Below, in pieces: positions 58,349 through 64,000 of a stretch of 64,000 nucleotides of DNA. Under the pieces are notes generated by a model that searched no databases, was not told the DNA's origin, and saw only the letters and a program-made list of their open reading frames with translations. Within the stretch, counting starts at the first letter, position 1. The number at the start of each line of letters is the position of its first letter. This DNA comes from Alphaproteobacteria bacterium. Lineage in GTDB: Bacteria > Pseudomonadota > Alphaproteobacteria > UBA7887. Where the stretch lies: assembly GCA_965216755.1 (NCBI GenBank), contig CBDCGL010000011.1, positions 4,448,001 to 4,512,000 of the forward strand, in the 5' to 3' direction. The translations under genes were made by a program, and so were the position numbers.

Positions 58349-59593
58349 CTAGGCCGCGAATTCATTGTGACTCAAGCGCAGCGGCAGTCTTCGGACGCCG
58401 CGCAGCACCAGTGAATCATCCCATTCTAGTACATCGCTGGCATGCGCGATATTGGGACATCGCGCAAGCAGAGCTGTCAGAGCCTCGTGTCCTTCGACAC
58501 GCGCCAACTGGGCACCGATACAGAAGTGGAGCCCATAACCGAATGCAAGATGGCGATTGGGATTGCGCGTGATATCGAAACGATCAGGATCCGAAAAATG
58601 CGCAGGGTCACGATTGGCACCGATGAACATCAAAAAAATTCGGTCGCCCGCGCGAATTCCTTTTCCACCAATCACCATGTCTTCGGACGCGATGCGCACG
58701 GCCGATTGCGCGGGGCTCTCGAAACGCAGCATTTCCTCGATCGCGGACGGCATCAGTTCGGGATCGGCACGCAACAAGGCCAATTGATCCGGATGTGCGA
58801 GCAGCGCGATTATGCCGTTGGCGATCAAGTTGGTGGTTGTTTCATGGCCAGCAAACAAGATGAACACGCAATTCGCCACCAGCTCGTCGTTGCTGAGGCC
58901 GCGGCCATCGTGGTCGTGATTCGATGTGGCGATCAAAGTATCAATCAGGGTGCCCTGCGCGTTGCTCTTGCGCCGTTGTGCCACGAGTTCGCGAAAATAT
59001 GCCGTGATTTCTGTTAGTGCCTCGGCGCCACGACGATAGCGATCCGATGTTAACCGGGCGCTGCCGACGACCGTGGCCACGTCGTCCGACCATCGCCGGA
59101 AGCGGTCCATATTATTCGTTGGCACACCAAGGATATGCGCGATGACCCGAGCCGGTAACGGATACGCGAAGTCCTGAATCAAATCGATGTCATTCCGGCC
59201 GGCAAGCCCATCAAGCAGTTCGTCGACGATCGCCCGAATATGAAACCGCAATGCCTCAATAGCGCGGGGGGTGAAGGCGTCGACCATCAACCGTCTCAGG
59301 CGCGTGTGATCCGGCGGATCCTTGAAAACCGTCCATAGTTTGAGCTGTGCGGCCATGTCCAGAACGTCTTTGCGGTTTTCGCCCGCCCAGACGTCGCTGG
59401 CGACATGTTCCGCAAATGGTGTCAGTCGATCCGCCGAGAAGCGACGGTCGATCTGCGCCGCTTTGACATCGTCATAGCGGGTTAGCACCCAACCGCCCAA
59501 TGCATCGGACCAATGAACTGGATCGTCGTCACGCAGCGTGTGCAGCGTTGGATGCGGGTTGGCGATGAACTCGGTGGCGTTTGGATTGAACAT
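58349..59593 (-). CDS. Cytochrome P450
   Basis: DPPDHTRLR, AGHETT, EEMLR (ExxR), ANRDP, FGYGLHFCIG. Confidence 0.95.
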   Translation of the reverse strand: MFNPNATEFIANPHPTLHTLRDDDPVHWSDALGGWVLTRYDDVKAAQIDRRFSADRLTPFAEHVASDVWAGENRKDVLDMAAQLKLWTVFKDPPDHTRLRRLMVDAFTPRAIEALRFHIRAIVDELLDGLAGRNDIDLIQDFAYPLPARVIAHILGVPTNNMDRFRRWSDDVATVVGSARLTSDRYRRGAEALTEITAYFRELVAQRRKSNAQGTLIDTLIATSNHDHDGRGLSNDELVANCVFILFAGHETTTNLIANGIIALLAHPDQLALLRADPELMPSAIEEMLRFESPAQSAVRIASEDMVIGGKGIRAGDRIFLMFIGANRDPAHFSDPDRFDITRNPNRHLAFGYGLHFCIGAQLARVEGHEALTALLARCPNIAHASDVLEWDDSLVLRGVRRLPLRLSHNEFAA

Positions 59594-59935
59594 GAACAGC
59601 CCAACTTGTCGGATCAGCCGCGTGTCGACGCCACAGTACCCCGAAACAGCTTGTGGAAAAAGACGCTGCATAAAGGGGATAAAATCGGCTCTTGCGGGTC
59701 GATTTTGAGACCAAGCGGCCGCCCGTGTGACAGCCGTGTGAGAAGGATGTGACAAGGCGCACAAATCCAGCACGAATCGTTGTTTTCCATGGGGATTCCG
59801 GCAAATGTTTCGATGTTGGTGCGCACCGGGCGTGTCCCGCAGCGGGGAATAAACGGGCCGAACGGCCGTCCATTGTTGTACGACCCGACGATGCGGAGAG
59901 ACGATCCCCTAAACCACCAACAAAGGAAGATAACG

Positions 59936-60226
59936 ATGAAGATGAGTACGGACACACCCTATCGGAAGGCCCTTTTGACGAGCACAGTCGCCGCCACGTT
60001 CGCCGGAGTGCTCGCCCTGTCGGGCGCGGGCTTCGCGCAAACCGCCGAGGAATGTGCGCTAAAGGTCCAGGATGTTCAGGGGCAGCTTGAGCAGCAGCCC
60101 GAAGACGCTGCGCTGCAGGGCGAGGTCGACAAAGCCGCGGCATTGTGTGGTGAGGGCCGTATCGACGAAGCCGACCAGATTCTCATGGAAGTGGTCGAGC
60201 GCATGGCCGACACAGTGACGCAGTAA
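59936..60226 (+). CDS. Small secreted acidic helical protein with two Cys
   Basis: aaggaag RBS, signal peptide ending AGFA-Q, one Cys pair in the mature part. Confidence 0.7.
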   Translation: MKMSTDTPYRKALLTSTVAATFAGVLALSGAGFAQTAEECALKVQDVQGQLEQQPEDAALQGEVDKAAALCGEGRIDEADQILMEVVERMADTVTQ

Positions 60227-60366
60227 GACAGGGCAGCGTTAGACACACTGGTCGACGTTATGCCCGCCGCGACCGAAGCGGCCCGGTCAGGGCGTTCGGT
60301 TGCCAGATGGGGTCGGGATCGGCGCACGCGCCATCCCGACCCGACAACCACTGAAAGGACGGAAGC

Positions 60367-60588
60367 ATGAATGCGAGTAGCCTATCAATCATCGTGGCAA
60401 TGGGCGTGGCGTTGGGATTAGCTGCGTGTGATCAGGGGGGGACTCCTGAAGGAACCGCCGGCGATTCAACCGAGACATCGGCGGCTGCCCCGGCGCCAGT
60501 GCAAGACAGCGTTGGGGCTGCAGATGAATCTGCCGTTGAGGTCGCGCCTTCGACGACGATTGTTGAAGACGATTCCACTAGCCAATAG
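60367..60588 (+). CDS. Small acidic low-complexity lipoprotein
   Basis: aaagga RBS, lipobox LAA-C, S/T/E/A-rich tail. Confidence 0.75.
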   Translation: MNASSLSIIVAMGVALGLAACDQGGTPEGTAGDSTETSAAAPAPVQDSVGAADESAVEVAPSTTIVEDDSTSQ

Positions 60589-61015
60589 AAAAGCGGTCCG
60601 GGCAGCCGTCGGGCGTGAACCGACGGCGTGTCCCGGCGCGCCGTATCGGCTGTTGGTGGCGATTTTTCGTGCATAGCGACCGAGTTGAATTTCGTCGACA
60701 GAGATGAAATAACATTTTAATAAATCGATTGAGTGCTAAGTGGGCGGATTGGCGCTGTCTCGCGCATTGACGATCGCTACGGATAGCGCCTTGCGGCGGG
60801 TCAACCCGCCGACCGAGTTGGACGTCAGGCGGACACGTGCGCCGTCGGTGGCCAAATGAGACAGCCCGTGTGCGCGTAGCGGTCCGTGGTCCCGGCAAGG
60901 AATTGCGGTGCTGCATGCAGTCACGATCGACACCTTCCGTCCGTTCCCCCCATGGGCGGGCGATGTCAGTCCGCCGCGCCGTCTTAGAGGTGGATGATGG
61001 CGAGTTGCACGGGTT

Positions 61016-61061
61016 CCCCGCACCGATGAAGCAATGTGGTTTCTTCGGTGCGGGGTTTTTT
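61016..61061 (+). terminator. Rho-independent terminator
   Basis: ccccgcaccga / tcggtgcgggg stem followed by T6. Confidence 0.8.
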
Positions 61062-61272
61062 GACTCATCGCGTTATTCATTTTTAAGCCAATGAATGTCA
61101 CCCTATTATAGCAAATATTAGCAATCGCCTTGATATAATCCACGACACCTAGACAACGATAAAAATCAACTGGAGACAGGCAATTCGCAAGCAAGTCAGC
61201 GGTGCAGTCCGTGGTGAACGAAAAACTGCGAACACTCAAGATGGCAAATCGCACGATCGGACGGGGGGCGCG

Positions 61273-61770
61273 GTGATTGCGCATATTCCGGGGTTGCGCC
61301 GGTATGCGCGGGCGCTAACTGGCAATGCCGACGATGCCGAGGACTTGGTTCAAGAATGCCTTGCGCGGACATTGGCACGGGACCATTTGGTTGCCCGTGC
61401 GGCGGATGCCCGTGCATATATTTACGCTATTCTTCACAACATTCACGTTGACCATGTCACGGCTCGTCGGCAATTGGTTGAGGGGGTGTGCCTGGAGGAC
61501 GTCGAGCGCACGGTTTCGTGCCCCGCCGGACAATTGGAGCGGTTGGCTGTGCGCGACCTGGAAGTAGCCATGGCGCAATTGCCGCATGATCAACGCGAGG
61601 TCGTTCTGATGGTCGGACTGAAGGGCATGAGCTATCGCGACGTGTCGCGTCAACTCGGGGCGCCGCTTGGCACGGTCATGTCACGCCTGTCGCGCGCGCG
61701 GGGAACGTTACGACGCCTGTTGGCGGGGCGCGGCGATGGCCAGGACGCAACTAGGGGCGTGGCGTCTTAA
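61273..61770 (+). CDS. ECF sigma-70 factor
   Basis: IPGLRRYARALTG..DAEDLVQE (region 2) and LPHDQREV..GMSYRDV..GTVMSRLSRAR (region 4). Confidence 0.9.
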   Translation: MIAHIPGLRRYARALTGNADDAEDLVQECLARTLARDHLVARAADARAYIYAILHNIHVDHVTARRQLVEGVCLEDVERTVSCPAGQLERLAVRDLEVAMAQLPHDQREVVLMVGLKGMSYRDVSRQLGAPLGTVMSRLSRARGTLRRLLAGRGDGQDATRGVAS

Positions 61771-62839
61771 AGTAGTCGTATCGGTTGCCGGATTTGACGA
61801 TTAGCTCGACACCTGCGCTTTCGCGAATAATGGTCAGGGACACGTCGATGCCCGCATCGCCCAACGCCCAGAGCTTGCGGTAAAGGTCACTCAAGCCGCT
61901 GATGTTGTGTCCGCCCACGCGCAGGATCACATCGCCTGGCTTGATGCCGGCGCGGTCTGCGGGGCCCCCAATCGTAAGGTGCGTGACTACCAACTCGGCC
62001 GGCGTCGACATGGTAAACATGCCAAGCCATGGGCGCGGTCGTCTGGGTATCCGACCTTCGCGAACGAGGTCTTGGAGCAACGGACGAAGCAGATCGATGG
62101 GCACGAACATGTTGCCCTGGGCGGATTTGCCGCCTGTATCGGCCGTCGCATCCTCGACGAACAGCGAGCCGATGCCGGCCAACCGCCCCTCCATATCCAA
62201 GAGCGCCGCGCCACTCCAATTCGGGTAAAACGGCATGGTAAATATCGCGTCGTCTATCAGATACTCCCAGTATCCGGCGAACTCACGGCGATCGCTGACC
62301 TCGGCTTGGATGGCGTTCTCGACCCCTCCGTTGCCGGCCAATACAACTTTCTGCCCGGTCTTGATCGAATCTGATGATGCCATTTGCACCGGATCGACGC
62401 CGAGGTTGGCTGTCGCCCGCGCGAGCCCAAATCCGGTTTCAAAGTCGTAGCCTACAAACGTCGCCATCGTCCAATCGCCATCCGCCATCTCGATTTCGAT
62501 GGCGCGCGATTCGAGCAATAAATAGCCGATCGTGACGACCAAACCGGTTTCGTCGATCACCACCGCGCTGCCCTCGCGTTCCGTTCCCAGCAACTCGGCC
62601 GTATGGGCTTCCGAGGGGATTTCCGTGCGTAATCCGACCACGGCACTGGCGACATCTTGCAGCGGAAAGGGCACCTGCCCAGGGTCGATCGGCGTAGCTG
62701 GCACCAGGCCTGGATCGATTTGGCGCAGCAGCCGTTTCGGCTTGTGGCCGTTCATTTTGACGCTTTGCGAATTCGAATCTTGGTCTTCGTTGTTCGAGTC
62801 CATGATCGCCTTGTCCATCCGCCCGCTCGGGTCGCGCAT
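61751..62839 (-). CDS. S1C/HtrA-like trypsin-fold + PDZ protein
   Basis: EREGSAVVID, GYDFETG, PNWSGAALLD, PRPWLG, GGPADRAGIKPGDVI. Confidence 0.85.
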   Translation of the reverse strand: MRDPSGRMDKAIMDSNNEDQDSNSQSVKMNGHKPKRLLRQIDPGLVPATPIDPGQVPFPLQDVASAVVGLRTEIPSEAHTAELLGTEREGSAVVIDETGLVVTIGYLLLESRAIEIEMADGDWTMATFVGYDFETGFGLARATANLGVDPVQMASSDSIKTGQKVVLAGNGGVENAIQAEVSDRREFAGYWEYLIDDAIFTMPFYPNWSGAALLDMEGRLAGIGSLFVEDATADTGGKSAQGNMFVPIDLLRPLLQDLVREGRIPRRPRPWLGMFTMSTPAELVVTHLTIGGPADRAGIKPGDVILRVGGHNISGLSDLYRKLWALGDAGIDVSLTIIRESAGVELIVKSGNRYDYFKTPRP

Positions 62840-63314
62840 GCGGTATTGGACGCTATCCCAGCGCGGTTATCAACCGCACTGCTCAGGGCCGTGCCATCGC
62901 CGGGGTCAAAGGCCGTTTTCGCCACAATGAGGCCGCGCCAGAATTTCGGTTCGGTCTGCTCGGCGGCGAAGGCGCCCCCACTTTGGGTGCCATGGTGATA
63001 AATCAGGAACGGCGCGGTGTCCGGCGGGTGCCGAAGGCGCAGAAGGGCACGGGACAAGAGATGACGCGCGGGCTGCGCGCCGGAGCCTTCACCAAAGGGT
63101 GTTGCCACGCTGCCGAAACGTGAAGAGAACTAAACAATAAAAAACAGCATTTTGGCGAGAAATCTTGATCCGGCGGCTTTGGCTGCGATGGAGACGCTTC
63201 CTAATGGATTATCGCGGTTTGCCGTTTTTGCCCAGGAACGACCCCGTACGCCGGTCTGACCCGGGCGCAGACCGATTCCCTTGTGATGGACGATAGCCGA
63301 CGCCGATATGACGG

Positions 63315-63593
63315 CTATTGCAGCGTTAGGCAAATATCAGCGTGACGCAGCTCACGTTGTTCCAAAATTCCGACCGATCCGATGCGCACCGAATGAACTG
63401 GGCTGTCCAGGTTTTCATCCCAGAACTTAAGAAATCGTCGTAACTCAGGAAAACTGGGCGCGATGTCGTAGTCCTGCCAGACATAGGTCTGTAATAAGTT
63501 GGGATGATCCGGCATTCGGTAGGTAATTTCGGCGGTTGCCAGACGGTATTCCTGTCCGGGGACCTGCCTGTCATTATTGGTCAATATCGCCAT
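63315..63593 (-). CDS. usg: Usg family protein
   Basis: YRLATAEITYRMPDHPNLLQTYVWQDYDIAPSFPEL..FLKFW..VHSV. Divergent from groES. Confidence 0.9.
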   Translation of the reverse strand: MAILTNNDRQVPGQEYRLATAEITYRMPDHPNLLQTYVWQDYDIAPSFPELRRFLKFWDENLDSPVHSVRIGSVGILEQRELRHADICLTLQ

Positions 63594-63736
63594 GTGATCC
63601 TCGTCAGATTGTGGGCGGCACGCGGTGCCGCACATGAATGTTGTGTCTATACACGGCCGGGATCAACAAAAGGGTTATAAAAAACAATACTTTAGCAGCA
63701 AGCCCAGGAAGCTGCTAACAAGCCGTCGCAAAACCC

Positions 63737-63765
63737 CTTGACAGCTGCGCGATTGCCTCTTACCT
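63737..63765 (+). promoter_or_regulatory. groES promoter (RpoH/RpoD-like)
   Basis: cTTGACA -35 and a cctcttacct -10-like element just upstream of CIRCE. Confidence 0.55.
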
Positions 63766-63777
63766 GAACGCCCTGAG

Positions 63778-63804
63778 TTGGCACTCAATAATCATGAGTG
63801 CTAA
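63778..63804. promoter_or_regulatory. CIRCE element (HrcA operator)
   Basis: TTgGCACTC-aataatcat-GAGTGCTAA upstream of groES. Confidence 0.93.
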
Positions 63805-63859
63805 CAACGTTCTGAGACACTGATCGGTAAAAACCGCACAACGAAGGGGATTTAGCCGG

Positions 63860-64000
63860 ATGAAATTTCGACCTTTGCATGATCGGGTCGTCGTACGTCG
63901 GATTGACGAAGATGAGCGTTCCGCGGGCGGCATCATTATTCCGGACACAGCCAAGGAAAAGCCTATGCAAGGCGAAGTCACGGCCGTCGGCCCGGGCGGG
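63860..64000 (+). CDS. groES: Co-chaperonin GroES (partial)
   Basis: [46 protein letters not shown]. Confidence 0.97.
   Translation, partial: MKFRPLHDRVVVRRIDEDERSAGGIIIPDTAKEKPMQGEVTAVGPGG

Noticed and set aside
60731-60739. CIRCE half-site GAGTGCTAA
   Set aside because: There is no matching left arm at 9-bp spacing.
164-63981. Many long antisense or alternate-frame ORFs (e.g. 4638-5486, 19670-20854, 38897-39964, 45912-47135)
   Set aside because: They are shadows of well-supported genes in GC-rich DNA and have no family motifs.
1-64000. CRISPR array, rRNA, tRNA, prophage or defence system
   Set aside because: I saw no repeat-spacer periodicity, tRNA/rRNA signatures or phage/defence proteins, though a by-eye scan can miss short RNAs.

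Overview
A GC-rich chromosomal window, most likely from an alphaproteobacterium (usg-CIRCE-groES arrangement, divergent alphaproteobacterial PEP carboxylase, YdbH-YnbE-YdbL operon, TRAP transporter). Most of it is metabolic: korAB, a beta-oxidation cluster, hydrolases, an aminotransferase, an FAD/Fe-S oxidoreductase, TRAP+PhyH+GS-like genes and a P450. It has one apparently intact IS5-family element, one IS5 remnant, a REP-like hairpin and several decayed gene fragments. The most interesting part is 3-14.6 kb. It holds a tandem pair of membrane class III nucleotide cyclase/TolB-like/TPR genes, one with degenerate catalytic motifs and two frameshifts and one intact. It also holds a separate 67-aa gene that is a diverged copy of only the intact cyclase's transmembrane segment (23/29 aa identical, 11 of those 23 codons synonymously changed). 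This small gene shares a divergent AT-rich promoter with an orphan CpaF/TadA ATPase, and that promoter has two CRP-type boxes. I read this as a candidate cyclic-nucleotide circuit with a membrane microprotein regulator, which is inference. Other oddities are a di-heme bCcP/MauG-family protein lacking canonical peroxidase residues, a truncated OppD-like ATPase, a probable pseudo-HtrA, an ECF sigma with no adjacent anti-sigma, and candidate sRNAs. All family calls come from motif recognition by eye; no searches were run.
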